From: Flavobacteriaceae bacterium
Lineage (GTDB): Bacteria; Bacteroidota; Bacteroidia; Flavobacteriales; Flavobacteriaceae
Assembly: GCA_018623195.1 (NCBI GenBank)
Contig: JAAZVY010000001.1
Coordinates: 15,193-79,192, forward strand
DNA: 64,000 nucleotides
Direction: 5' to 3'
Shown: one piece after another, positions 51,180 through 59,743 of the stretch
Position numbering within the stretch: position 1 is the first letter of the stretch
Layout of the letters: every line of letters starts with the position of its first letter
Made by a program: the position numbers and the translations under genes
The notes under the pieces: generated by a model
Databases searched by the model: none
Told to the model about the DNA's origin: nothing
Seen by the model: only the letters and a program-made list of their open reading frames with translations

Positions 51180-52409
51180 GTGTTGTCTAGCCATAAATTA
51201 AAGGTGTTTAATGACCCGATATACGGTTCTGTCGCCATTCCTTCTCCACTTATTCTTCAAGTAATCTCTCATCCTTTTTTTCAAAGGTTAAGACGAATTT
51301 CACAAATGGGTCTTTCCTATTTGGTTTATCCCGGTGCGCATCATACACGTTTTCATCACGCTTTGGGAGCGATGAATTTAATGCAAAGAGCTATTGATAC
51401 TTTGACTCTCAAAGGAGTGAGTATTTCTTCAGAAGAGAAGCAGGGATTGTTATTAGCGATTTTACTTCATGATATCGGCCACGGTCCATTTTCTCATGCC
51501 TTAGAAGAAAAGTTAATTTCAAAACATCATGAATCTCTTTCTTTAGGATTTATGGAGCTTTTGAACGAAGAATTTGATGGTCAACTCGATAAAGCAATCG
51601 CCATTTTTAAAGGTGAGTCGGATAGACCATTTTTAAATCAGCTAGTTTCGAGTCAGCTTGATATGGACCGCCTTGATTATCTGAAACGAGATAGTTTCTT
51701 TGCTGGTGTAACAGAAGGAAATATCAACTCAGAACGTTTGATTAGCACCATAAATGTGGTTAATGATTCTCTGGTTATAGAAGAGAAGGGAATTTACTCG
51801 GTTGAGAAGTTTCTAATGGCGCGTCGCTTTATGTACTGGCAAGTTTACCTGCATAAGACCAGTATCGTTGCTGAAATTATGCTCGGGAAGATCATTCAAA
51901 GAGCCAAAGAATTGATTAATCGTGGGGAACTTGTGGAGGGGCCACCGAATCTCATGTACTTTTTAAATCAGCAATTTTCAAAGAATAGCAATAAAGAAAT
52001 TACGTTTCATCAATTTGCTGCGCTCGATGATATCGATATTATGGCTTGTATTAAAAGATGGTCAAATCACAGCGATAGCATTCTAGCTCGTCTTTGCAGT
52101 GGAATTCTCAATAGAGATCTACTTGAAGTTAGATTTAGAGAAGAACGAGCGAGTAAAAAAGAATTGGCAGTATTAAAGACAGAGGTTGCAAAGGAATATA
52201 ATGTGAGCTTCAGTGATGCACACTATCTCGTTTATGACGGTACACTTTGGAACTTAGCTTACAACCCTAACAAACAACCCATTCGGATTCTCTTTAGAGG
52301 AGGTGAGGTTATGGATTTTATGCAGGCGAGTCGTTATGCGGGAGCTGGTGCATTTAGTGTAAAACACGAGAAGAACTATATCTGTTCACCTAAACTTCAA
52401 CTGCCATAA
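51180..52409 (+). CDS. HD-domain phosphohydrolase
   Basis: 409 aa with HD motifs (HTRFHHALGA, LLHDIGHGPFSH, DMDRLDYLKRD). The N-terminus has no in-frame ATG. Candidate starts are GTG 51180, TTG 51183 and GTG 51204. Confidence 0.8.
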   Translation: MLSSHKLKVFNDPIYGSVAIPSPLILQVISHPFFQRLRRISQMGLSYLVYPGAHHTRFHHALGAMNLMQRAIDTLTLKGVSISSEEKQGLLLAILLHDIGHGPFSHALEEKLISKHHESLSLGFMELLNEEFDGQLDKAIAIFKGESDRPFLNQLVSSQLDMDRLDYLKRDSFFAGVTEGNINSERLISTINVVNDSLVIEEKGIYSVEKFLMARRFMYWQVYLHKTSIVAEIMLGKIIQRAKELINRGELVEGPPNLMYFLNQQFSKNSNKEITFHQFAALDDIDIMACIKRWSNHSDSILARLCSGILNRDLLEVRFREERASKKELAVLKTEVAKEYNVSFSDAHYLVYDGTLWNLAYNPNKQPIRILFRGGEVMDFMQASRYAGAGAFSVKHEKNYICSPKLQLP

Positions 52410-52428
52410 ATCCTTACCTTTGCGCCGA

Positions 52429-53466
52429 ATGAACTTTGATGTACAACAAATTGCTGATTGGATTGGAGCCGAGATCATTGGTGATCCTAGTCAAGTTATT
52501 GACCACTTTTCGGCAATTGAGGAGGGAAGCGAGAGGGGAATTTCTTTTTTGGCCAATCCGAAATATGAAAACTTTTTATACAGTACCGAAGCTTCTGCAG
52601 TTATTGTATCTCAAGACCTTAAACTTAGAGAACCGATTCAAACTACCTTGCTAAAGGTAGAGGATCCCTACCGTGCTTTTGCTCAGTTATTGAGAGCTTA
52701 TGAGCAAGCCATAAAGCCAGAGTACCATGGTGTTGATAGCTCGTCGAACATTCATGAAAGTGCCTCTGTTGAAGCATCAGTATATGTAGGTGCGTTAGCG
52801 GTGATTGAAAGAGGAGCAAAGATTGGTTCAGAAACACAAATTCACTCTCAATCCTACATTGGTCGCAATGTTACCATAGGTGAGCGTTGTGAGATATACC
52901 CTGGTGTAAAGATCTATTCGGACACAGTAATTGGGGATGACGTTGTTATTCATGCAAATTCTGTAATCGGCGCACCTGGATTTGGATTCTCTCCAAATGA
53001 AAATGGGGGCTTCGATAAAATTCCTCAATTAGGAAAAGTAATCATCGAAGATGGGGTAGACATTGGTTCTTCATGCACTGTTGATCGAGCGACCTTTGGC
53101 GAAACCCGTATTTCAAAGGGTGTTAAACTCGATAACCAAGTACATTTAGCACACAATGTTCTTGTTGGTCCAAATACCGTAATCGCCGCCCAAACCGGTG
53201 TGGCAGGATCGACCAAGATTGGCAGTCAAGTCATGATAGGAGGTCAAGCAGGTATTGTGGGTCATATTGAAATTGGTGACGGAGCGAAGATCCAAGCTCA
53301 AAGTGGGGTTACTCGTAAAGTCAAAAACAACGAAAAGATTCAAGGCACACCAGCGATAGACTATAACACCTACAGCAAATCGTACATCCATTTTAAAAAC
53401 CTAGTTTCTCTTGAAGCTAGAGTGAAAGAATTAGAACAAGTAAGCAATAAATCATCAAAGAAGTGA
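52429..53466 (+). CDS. lpxD: UDP-3-O-(3-hydroxyacyl)glucosamine N-acyltransferase
   Basis: About 345 aa with an N-terminal LpxD domain and left-handed beta-helix hexapeptide repeats. Its position upstream of lpxC/fabZ and lpxA supports the call. Confidence 0.9.
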   Translation: MNFDVQQIADWIGAEIIGDPSQVIDHFSAIEEGSERGISFLANPKYENFLYSTEASAVIVSQDLKLREPIQTTLLKVEDPYRAFAQLLRAYEQAIKPEYHGVDSSSNIHESASVEASVYVGALAVIERGAKIGSETQIHSQSYIGRNVTIGERCEIYPGVKIYSDTVIGDDVVIHANSVIGAPGFGFSPNENGGFDKIPQLGKVIIEDGVDIGSSCTVDRATFGETRISKGVKLDNQVHLAHNVLVGPNTVIAAQTGVAGSTKIGSQVMIGGQAGIVGHIEIGDGAKIQAQSGVTRKVKNNEKIQGTPAIDYNTYSKSYIHFKNLVSLEARVKELEQVSNKSSKK

Positions 53467-54848
53467 AACAAACTACTTTAGAGAGAGCGATAAGTATATC
53501 TGGTATTGGCCTGCATACAGGTCAAGAAGTAACCTTAACTTTTCAACCCGCTGAACCAGATACAGGGTTCGTTTTTAAAAGAGTCGATCTTGAAGGAAGT
53601 CCAGAGGTCCCTGCCTCTGCAAAGTGGGTGAACAAAACTCAAAGAAGCACTGTTCTAGATTGTAACGGCGTAGAGGTTCAAACTTCAGAGCACGTTCTGG
53701 CTGCATTAACTGGATTAGATTACGATAACGCGATTATTGAAATCAACGCTAGCGAACCACCTATTTTAGATGGATCGGCTAAATATTTTATAGAAGCTCT
53801 TGAAAAGGCAGGTAAAGTAGAACAAGAAGCAGAGCGTGAAGTTTATGTCGTTTCTGAACCGATTCATTACAAAGACGCTGAATCTGGATCTGAAATCATC
53901 ATACTACCTTCTGAGAACTACGAGGTACAGGTGATGGTAGATTTTGGAACTAAAATTCTTGGGACCCAAAATGCTTCACTTTATTCCATTGAGGAGTTCA
54001 AAGAAGAAATTGCTGATGCTCGTACATTCAGCTTTTTGCATGACATCGAGATGTTACTAGATCAAGGTCTAATTAGAGGTGGGGATTTGAATAATGCCAT
54101 TGTCTATGTAGATAAAGAACTCTCGGATGAGACCTTGAGTAAACTGAAAAAGGCCTTCGATAAAGAAGATATTCAGGTTACTCCAAACGGTATTCTCAAT
54201 AACTTAGATTTGAAATATCCCAATGAAGCAGCAAGGCACAAATTACTTGATGTAATTGGGGATTTAGCTCTTATCGGAAGTAAAATACAGGGTAGGGTAA
54301 TCGCTTGTAAACCCGGTCATTTGGTAAATACTGAGTTTGCTAAGGTGATGCAAAAGAAAATCAAGGACGAAAAGCGTAAGCGAGTGCCAAAAATCGATAT
54401 CTACGCAGAACCTGTAATGGATACGGTACAGATCATGGATATGTTGCCGCATCGCCCACCATTTCTTTTAGTAGATAAGATTTTAGAACTAACTGACTCT
54501 AGGGTAGTAGGACTGAAAAATGTATCAATGAACGAAGCTTACTTTGTAGGTCATTTTCCAGGTGCCCCCGTAATGCCTGGAGTACTTCAAATCGAGGCTA
54601 TGGCACAAACAGGAGGGGTTTTGGTCCTTAACACCGTTCCAGATCCAGAAAATTACCTGACCTTCTTCATGAAGATGGATAATGTGAGATTTAAGCACCA
54701 GGTTAATCCAGGAGACACCCTAATTTTCGATTGTGAGTTAATTACTCCTATTAGACGTGGTATCTGTCATATGAGGGCGTTGGCTTTCGTTGGAGATAAG
54801 CTTGTTTCTGAAGCTGAATTAATGGCCCAAATTGTAAAAACTAAATAA
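53463..54848 (+). CDS. lpxC/fabZ: bifunctional UDP-3-O-acyl-GlcNAc deacetylase / (3R)-hydroxyacyl-ACP dehydratase (LpxC-FabZ fusion)
   Basis: 461 aa. The N-terminal LpxC part has GIGLHTG, EHVLAAL and HKLLDVIGDL. The C-terminal FabZ hotdog part has LPHRPPFLLVDK, FVGHFPG and PGVLQIEAMAQ. A GTGA start/stop overlap couples it to lpxD. Confidence 0.95.
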   Translation: MKQTTLERAISISGIGLHTGQEVTLTFQPAEPDTGFVFKRVDLEGSPEVPASAKWVNKTQRSTVLDCNGVEVQTSEHVLAALTGLDYDNAIIEINASEPPILDGSAKYFIEALEKAGKVEQEAEREVYVVSEPIHYKDAESGSEIIILPSENYEVQVMVDFGTKILGTQNASLYSIEEFKEEIADARTFSFLHDIEMLLDQGLIRGGDLNNAIVYVDKELSDETLSKLKKAFDKEDIQVTPNGILNNLDLKYPNEAARHKLLDVIGDLALIGSKIQGRVIACKPGHLVNTEFAKVMQKKIKDEKRKRVPKIDIYAEPVMDTVQIMDMLPHRPPFLLVDKILELTDSRVVGLKNVSMNEAYFVGHFPGAPVMPGVLQIEAMAQTGGVLVLNTVPDPENYLTFFMKMDNVRFKHQVNPGDTLIFDCELITPIRRGICHMRALAFVGDKLVSEAELMAQIVKTK

Positions 54849-54854
54849 GTCTAG

Positions 54855-55640
54855 ATGAATCAACCTTTAGCCTACGTACACCCGGGTGCGAAAATTGCTA
54901 AAAACGTTACTATCGAGCCCTTCGCAATGATTCACAATAATGTGGAAATCGGTGAGGGAACCTGGATAGGTTCCAACGTAACTATTATGGAAGGAGCAAG
55001 AATCGGTAAAAATTGTTTCATCTATCCGGGTTCAGTGATTTCTGCTCCACCGCAAGATTTAAAGTACTCAGGTGAGGATACCACAACGGTTATCGGTGAC
55101 AATACTACGATTAGAGAGTGCGTTACCATAAATAGAGGTACCACGGATCGTTGGAAGACCACCGTTGGGTCTAACTGCTTGATTATGGCTTACTGCCATA
55201 TCGCCCACGATTGTAATGTATCTGACGGATGTATTTTTAGTAATAACTCTACACTCGCTGGCCATGTAAATGTAGGACCTAATGTTGTTATGGCTGGAAT
55301 GGTTGCCGTGCACCAATTTGTTTCTATCGGTCATCATTCCTTTGTAACAGGTGGTGCCCTTGTTAGGAAGGATGTTCCACCATTTGTAAAAGCAGCTAGA
55401 GAACCGCTTTCTTATGTGGGAGTTAATTCTGTAGGACTTAGAAGAAGAGGTTTTACACCCGAAAAAATTAAAGAGATTCAACAGATTTATCGAATTTTAT
55501 ATCAAAAGAATTACAATAACACCCAAGCCTTACAGATCATTGAAGCTGAAATGGAAGCTACCCACGAACGAGATGAAATACTCGAATTCATCAGAGCTTC
55601 TAAACGCGGTATCATGAAAGGCTATTTTAACAATTCATAA
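54855..55640 (+). CDS. lpxA: acyl-ACP--UDP-N-acetylglucosamine O-acyltransferase
   Basis: 261 aa with hexapeptide repeats and a C-terminal helical domain (VGLRRRGF...I..IY). Confidence 0.93.
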   Translation: MNQPLAYVHPGAKIAKNVTIEPFAMIHNNVEIGEGTWIGSNVTIMEGARIGKNCFIYPGSVISAPPQDLKYSGEDTTTVIGDNTTIRECVTINRGTTDRWKTTVGSNCLIMAYCHIAHDCNVSDGCIFSNNSTLAGHVNVGPNVVMAGMVAVHQFVSIGHHSFVTGGALVRKDVPPFVKAAREPLSYVGVNSVGLRRRGFTPEKIKEIQQIYRILYQKNYNNTQALQIIEAEMEATHERDEILEFIRASKRGIMKGYFNNS

Positions 55641-55643
55641 TTT

Positions 55644-56210
55644 ATGGCGTCAACTTCAGACATCCGAAAAGGACTTTGTATTCGTTACAATAACGATATC
55701 TACAAAATCATTGAATTCTTACATGTTAAACCTGGAAAAGGACCAGCATTCGTAAGAACTAAACTTAAAAGCGTAACCACTGGGAAAGTTCTTGACAACA
55801 CCTTTTCTGCTGGGCATAAACTAGATGATGTTCGTGTAGAGACTCGTAGTTTTCAATTTCTCTACAGTGAAGGTTCGACTTATCACTTTATGAATACAGA
55901 GGATTACGATCAAATCACTCTTCAGGAAGAAGCTTTGGAGGCGCATGATTTACTTAAAGAAGGTGAGGTGGTAACTATTTTGTTTAATACAGAAGATAGC
56001 GCGCCATTATCAGTAGATATGCCCGCTAGCGTTGTATTAGAGGTTACTCACTCTGAACCTGGGGTTAAAGGTAATACAGCAACGAATGCTACCAAACCAG
56101 CCACAGTAGAAACAGGTGCAAGAATCAACGTCCCTTTGTTTATCAACGAAGGTGACAAGATCAAAATTGACACCGAAAAGAAATCATACATCGAACGAGT
56201 TAAAGAATAA
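55644..56210 (+). CDS. efp: translation elongation factor P
   Basis: 188 aa with the loop VKPGKGPAFVRTKLK and OB domains. Confidence 0.95.
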   Translation: MASTSDIRKGLCIRYNNDIYKIIEFLHVKPGKGPAFVRTKLKSVTTGKVLDNTFSAGHKLDDVRVETRSFQFLYSEGSTYHFMNTEDYDQITLQEEALEAHDLLKEGEVVTILFNTEDSAPLSVDMPASVVLEVTHSEPGVKGNTATNATKPATVETGARINVPLFINEGDKIKIDTEKKSYIERVKE

Positions 56211-56217
56211 ACCAAAT

Positions 56218-56246
56218 CAAAGGCAAATCTTTCCTTTGTCGTTTTT
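56218..56246 (+). terminator. weak intrinsic terminator after efp
   Basis: 6-bp stem CAAAGG/CCTTTG (56218-56223/56233-56238) with a 9-nt loop, followed by TCGTTTTT. Confidence 0.4.
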
Positions 56247-56253
56247 AAATTTG
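56246..56253 (+). promoter_or_regulatory. -7 box (TAAATTTG) upstream of sucD
   Basis: Exact TAnnTTTG match, 17 nt upstream of the ATG at 56270. Confidence 0.4.
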
Positions 56254-56269
56254 CAATCAAAATATAGAT

Positions 56270-57142
56270 ATGAGTGTATTAGTAAATAAAGATTCTCGCA
56301 TAATTGTTCAAGGGTTTACAGGTACTGAAGGTACTTTTCACGCCGAGCAAATGATCGAATATGGAACTAATGTGGTAGGGGGGGTAACTCCGAGTAAAGG
56401 AGGACAAACTCATCTTGATCGTCCTGTTTTTAACACGGTCAGAGAGGCTGTAGAAAAGGCCGGAGCTAATACCTCAATCATTTTTGTTCCACCAGCATTT
56501 GCAGCAGATGCTATTATGGAGGCCGCAAATGCCGGGATTAAAGTAATTATCGCAATCACCGAGGGTATTCCTGTGGCAGATATGGTTAAGGTATACGATT
56601 ATATCAAGCAATACGATTGCCGCTTAATTGGCCCTAATTGTCCGGGTGTAATTACTCCAGAAGAGGCTAAGGTCGGTATTATGCCAGGCTTTGTATTTAA
56701 AAAAGGAAAAGTGGGTATTGTTTCTAAATCAGGTACATTGACTTATGAAGCTTCAGATCAGGTGGTTCGCCAAGGATTAGGAGTTTCTACCGCTATCGGT
56801 ATTGGAGGAGATCCAATCATTGGAACTACAACAAAAGAAGCACTGCAATTACTCATTGAGGATGAAGAAACAGATTGTGTTGTAATGATCGGTGAAATCG
56901 GAGGTCAATTAGAATCTGATGCTGCACATTGGTACAAAAACAGTGGTAGTAAAAAACCTGTTGTAGGTTTTATCGCTGGCGAGACGGCTCCTGCGGGTAG
57001 AACTATGGGGCATGCCGGTGCTATTGTTGGCGGTAGCGATGATACCGCACAAGCTAAGAAGCGAATTATGGCATCTTGTGGTATTCATGTGGTCGATTCT
57101 CCTGCAATGATAGGTGCTAAGGTAAAAGAGGTTTTAGCTTAA
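56270..57142 (+). CDS. sucD: succinate--CoA ligase subunit alpha
   Basis: 290 aa with VQGFTGTEGTFH, SKSGTLTYE and the phosphohistidine loop GHAGAIV. Confidence 0.95.
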   Translation: MSVLVNKDSRIIVQGFTGTEGTFHAEQMIEYGTNVVGGVTPSKGGQTHLDRPVFNTVREAVEKAGANTSIIFVPPAFAADAIMEAANAGIKVIIAITEGIPVADMVKVYDYIKQYDCRLIGPNCPGVITPEEAKVGIMPGFVFKKGKVGIVSKSGTLTYEASDQVVRQGLGVSTAIGIGGDPIIGTTTKEALQLLIEDEETDCVVMIGEIGGQLESDAAHWYKNSGSKKPVVGFIAGETAPAGRTMGHAGAIVGGSDDTAQAKKRIMASCGIHVVDSPAMIGAKVKEVLA

Positions 57143-57152
57143 TTAGAAAGAA

Positions 57153-57896
57153 ATGTTATTAAAAGGTAAGACGGTTTTAATCACCGGTGCAAGTAGAGGT
57201 ATAGGTAGTGGAATCGCTCGGGTATTCGCTCAAAACGGTGCGAACGTAGCATTCACTTATAGTTCAAGTGAAGCTCCCGCATTAGCATTACAAGACGAAC
57301 TATCAAAACTCAGTGTTAAAGTTAAAGCTTACAAGAGTGATGCTTCTAGTTTTGAGGCCTGCGAAAAATTAGCTTCAGAGGTAATGTCTGATTTTGATTC
57401 ATTAGACGCCCTTATTAACAATGCCGGAATCACCAAAGACAATCTTCTGATGCGAATGTCTGAAGAAGACTTCGATAAGGTAATAGAGGTAAATCTCAAG
57501 TCGATTTTCAATATGACTAAGGCTTTCCAGAGAGTCTTTTTAAAACAACGAAACGGTTCTATTATTAATATTAGTTCTATTGTTGGTGTCAAGGGTAATG
57601 CGGGTCAAGCGAACTATGCTGCTTCTAAGGCTGGTATGATTGGATTCACAAAAAGTATCGCTCTGGAACTGGGTTCAAGAAATATTAGAGCAAATGCTAT
57701 TGCTCCAGGCTTTATTGAGACAGAAATGACCGATAAACTTGATGATGCTGTAGTAGAACAATGGCGTGCGGGTATTCCATTAAAGCGTGGAGGAACTCCT
57801 GAAGATGTTGCGAACGCTTGTTTATTCTTTGCATCTGATCTTTCTTCTTATATTACAGGTCAAGTCCTTCTTGTGGATGGAGGAATGTTAACTTAA
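57153..57896 (+). CDS. fabG: 3-oxoacyl-[ACP] reductase (SDR)
   Basis: 247 aa with TGASRGIG, NNAG, the YAASKAG catalytic motif and the FabG-like C-terminus GQVLLVDGGM. Confidence 0.85.
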   Translation: MLLKGKTVLITGASRGIGSGIARVFAQNGANVAFTYSSSEAPALALQDELSKLSVKVKAYKSDASSFEACEKLASEVMSDFDSLDALINNAGITKDNLLMRMSEEDFDKVIEVNLKSIFNMTKAFQRVFLKQRNGSIINISSIVGVKGNAGQANYAASKAGMIGFTKSIALELGSRNIRANAIAPGFIETEMTDKLDDAVVEQWRAGIPLKRGGTPEDVANACLFFASDLSSYITGQVLLVDGGMLT

Positions 57897-57902
57897 TTTA
57901 AA

Positions 57903-58724
57903 ATGGAAATGGAACGTTTACCTAAATTTTTACTTCCTGGTGTAGTAGGTTTTTTCTTGTTGATTATCTTAATTTCTAAATCAGCGATTACCATCGGTCC
58001 TGGTAGAGCAGGTGTGCTTTACCGAACCTTTGCAGGTGGTGTAGTTACTGACAAAGCCCCAATGGGTGAAGGTTTTCATTTGGTAGCGCCATGGAATCGT
58101 GTATTTGTTTATGAGGTAAGACAACAAGAACTATTTGAAAAAATGAAGGTACTTTCTTCAAATGGTCTTGAAATTCAGATCGATGCGTCAGCATGGTACC
58201 AGCCGGTTTATGAGTCTTTAGGTAAGCTTCATAAAGAGAAAAGTGAGCAGTACGTAAATCGTATCTTACTTCCTGCAATAAGATCGGCAGCAAGATCAGT
58301 GGTGGGTAGGTATACCCCAGAGCAACTTTACTCCTCTAAAAGAGATGCTATTCAACAAGAAATTTTTGAGGAAACGAAAATGATTGTTGAAGACCAGTAC
58401 ATTCAATTGAACGAAATTCTCGTCAGAGATGTTACGCTACCTCCAACAATCCGAGAAGCTATTGAGCGCAAGTTAAAGCAAGAACAAGCAGCCTTAGAAT
58501 ACGAGTTTAGATTGGTAACTGCTGAAAAAGAAGCGCAAAGACAAATCATTGAGGCGCAAGGTAAGGCAGATGCTAACCGAATTTTAAGTGCTTCACTAAC
58601 TGACAAAATCCTTCAAGATAAAGGTATCGAAGCTACTCTTAAACTTGCAGAATCACCTAATGCAAAAGTGGTGGTTGTGGGATCTGGAGAAAATGGCTTA
58701 CCAATTATTCTTGGTAATAATTAG
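57903..58724 (+). CDS. SPFH/band-7 (prohibitin-like) membrane protein
   Basis: 273 aa with an N-terminal transmembrane anchor, an SPFH domain and a coiled-coil (EAQRQIIEAQGKADA). Confidence 0.85.
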   Translation: MEMERLPKFLLPGVVGFFLLIILISKSAITIGPGRAGVLYRTFAGGVVTDKAPMGEGFHLVAPWNRVFVYEVRQQELFEKMKVLSSNGLEIQIDASAWYQPVYESLGKLHKEKSEQYVNRILLPAIRSAARSVVGRYTPEQLYSSKRDAIQQEIFEETKMIVEDQYIQLNEILVRDVTLPPTIREAIERKLKQEQAALEYEFRLVTAEKEAQRQIIEAQGKADANRILSASLTDKILQDKGIEATLKLAESPNAKVVVVGSGENGLPIILGNN

Positions 58725-58744
58725 TGACAAATAAAAAACAAGTT

Positions 58745-58752
58745 TATTTTTG
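58745..58752 (+). promoter_or_regulatory. -7 box (TATTTTTG) for the his operon leader
   Basis: Exact TAnnTTTG match that ends 9 nt before the leader-peptide ATG at 58761. Confidence 0.45.
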
Positions 58753-58760
58753 CAAGCATA

Positions 58761-58814
58761 ATGAATAAGACAACACATCACCATCATCTATTTTACTGCG
58801 CTCAGGCGAGATAG
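58761..58814 (+). CDS. his operon leader peptide (17 aa, MNKTTHHHHLFYCAQAR)
   Basis: Short ATG-to-TAG ORF with four consecutive His codons (CAT CAC CAT CAT, 58776-58787). It lies directly upstream of a terminator and of hisG. Confidence 0.7.
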   Translation: MNKTTHHHHLFYCAQAR

Positions 58815-58839
58815 GTTTGGTATGTGAATACTTTATACG

Positions 58840-58877
58840 ATCCGTTTGAGCCTTGTGTTTAAGCGGATTTTTTATTT
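58840..58877 (+). terminator. attenuator terminator upstream of hisG
   Basis: Stem ATCCGTTT/AAGCGGAT (58840-58847/58861-58868, one G.U pair) followed by a T-run (58868-58873). A competing 9-bp helix joins 58800-58808 to 58843-58851. Confidence 0.65.
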
Positions 58878-58886
58878 AAATCAATC

Positions 58887-59741
58887 ATGGAACGACTAAA
58901 AATTGCAATTCAAAAGAGCGGAAGACTTCACGACGATTCGATCAAATTATTGAAAGAAGCGGGAATTTCTATTAATAATGGAAAGGATCAATTAAAGGCT
59001 CCGGCAACTAATTTTGCGTTAGAAGTATACTATTTGCGCAACGGAGATATTCCTAAGTATCTGCAAGATGGCGTAGTAGACCTAGCGATCATTGGTGAGA
59101 ATTTACTTATCGAAAAAGGTAATAATATTGAGAGCGTTGAAAGATTAAAGTTTTCGAAATGTCGCGTGTGTATCGCTGTACCCAAGGGTACAGAATATAA
59201 TGGACTTCAGGATCTTGAAAATAAGAGAATAGCTACCTCGTATCCGAATACACTTCGTTCTTTTCTAGATAGTAACCATATCAATGCCCATATACACGTC
59301 ATTAATGGTAGTGTTGAGATTGCACCAAATATTGGATTATCTGAAGCTATATGCGATATCGTGAGTAGTGGTAGTACGCTTTTCAAGAACAACCTAAAGG
59401 AGGTTGAGACCTTATTGAAAAGTGAAGCTGTGCTTGCTGTTTCTCCTAAACTAGACCAGTCCAATGAAACTTTTCAAGAACTCTTATTTAGATTAAGAGG
59501 GGTATTACGAGCTAGAGAACATAAGTATGTACTAATGAATGTTCAAGAGGCCAATTTGCAGAAGGTCTTATCCTTACTGCCAGGAATGAAAAGTCCCACC
59601 GTTTTACCGCTGGCAGAGTCGGGATGGGTTTCGGTTCACACCGTAATCAAAGAAAAACGGTTCTGGTCAATGATCGGAAAACTCAAAAGTGCCGGGGCAG
59701 AAGGTATCTTAGTGAGTTCTATAGAAAAGATGTTCTTATAA
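58887..59741 (+). CDS. hisG: ATP phosphoribosyltransferase (long form)
   Basis: 284 aa. The N-terminus LKIAIQKSGRL, the DIVSSGSTL motif and a C-terminal regulatory domain are present. Confidence 0.93.
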   Translation: MERLKIAIQKSGRLHDDSIKLLKEAGISINNGKDQLKAPATNFALEVYYLRNGDIPKYLQDGVVDLAIIGENLLIEKGNNIESVERLKFSKCRVCIAVPKGTEYNGLQDLENKRIATSYPNTLRSFLDSNHINAHIHVINGSVEIAPNIGLSEAICDIVSSGSTLFKNNLKEVETLLKSEAVLAVSPKLDQSNETFQELLFRLRGVLRAREHKYVLMNVQEANLQKVLSLLPGMKSPTVLPLAESGWVSVHTVIKEKRFWSMIGKLKSAGAEGILVSSIEKMFL

Positions 59742-59743
59742 TA

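Noticed and set aside
51152-51238. An upstream extension of tsaE (MATEPYIGSLNTF...).
   Set aside because: It would overlap the divergent HD-domain gene start and make TsaE about 30 residues longer than is usual for the family. Internal ATGs at 51151 and 51139 fit better.
52436-53391. A cluster of antisense and off-frame ORFs inside lpxD (for example 52643..52837, 52828..53028, 53025..53216 and 53146..53391).
   Set aside because: They lie wholly inside a well-supported hexapeptide-repeat gene, whose repetitive codon pattern keeps alternative frames open. Their translations are low-complexity and have no motifs.
55068-55481. A 137-aa antisense ORF inside lpxA.
   Set aside because: This is the same hexapeptide-repeat artefact, and it is fully embedded in a high-confidence gene.
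56270-57142. sucD without an adjacent sucC (an orphan alpha subunit of succinyl-CoA synthetase).
   Set aside because: This is unusual compared with Proteobacteria. As far as I recall, separated sucC and sucD genes are common in Flavobacteriia, so it is probably lineage-typical and not a novelty. It cannot be assessed further from this window.
59624-59743. A 40-codon N-terminal extension of the hisD-hisC ORF in the track (MGFGSHRNQRK...).
   Set aside because: It overlaps the 3' end of hisG in another frame and has no HisD similarity. The conserved HisD N-terminus starts at ATG 59744, 2 nt after the hisG stop.
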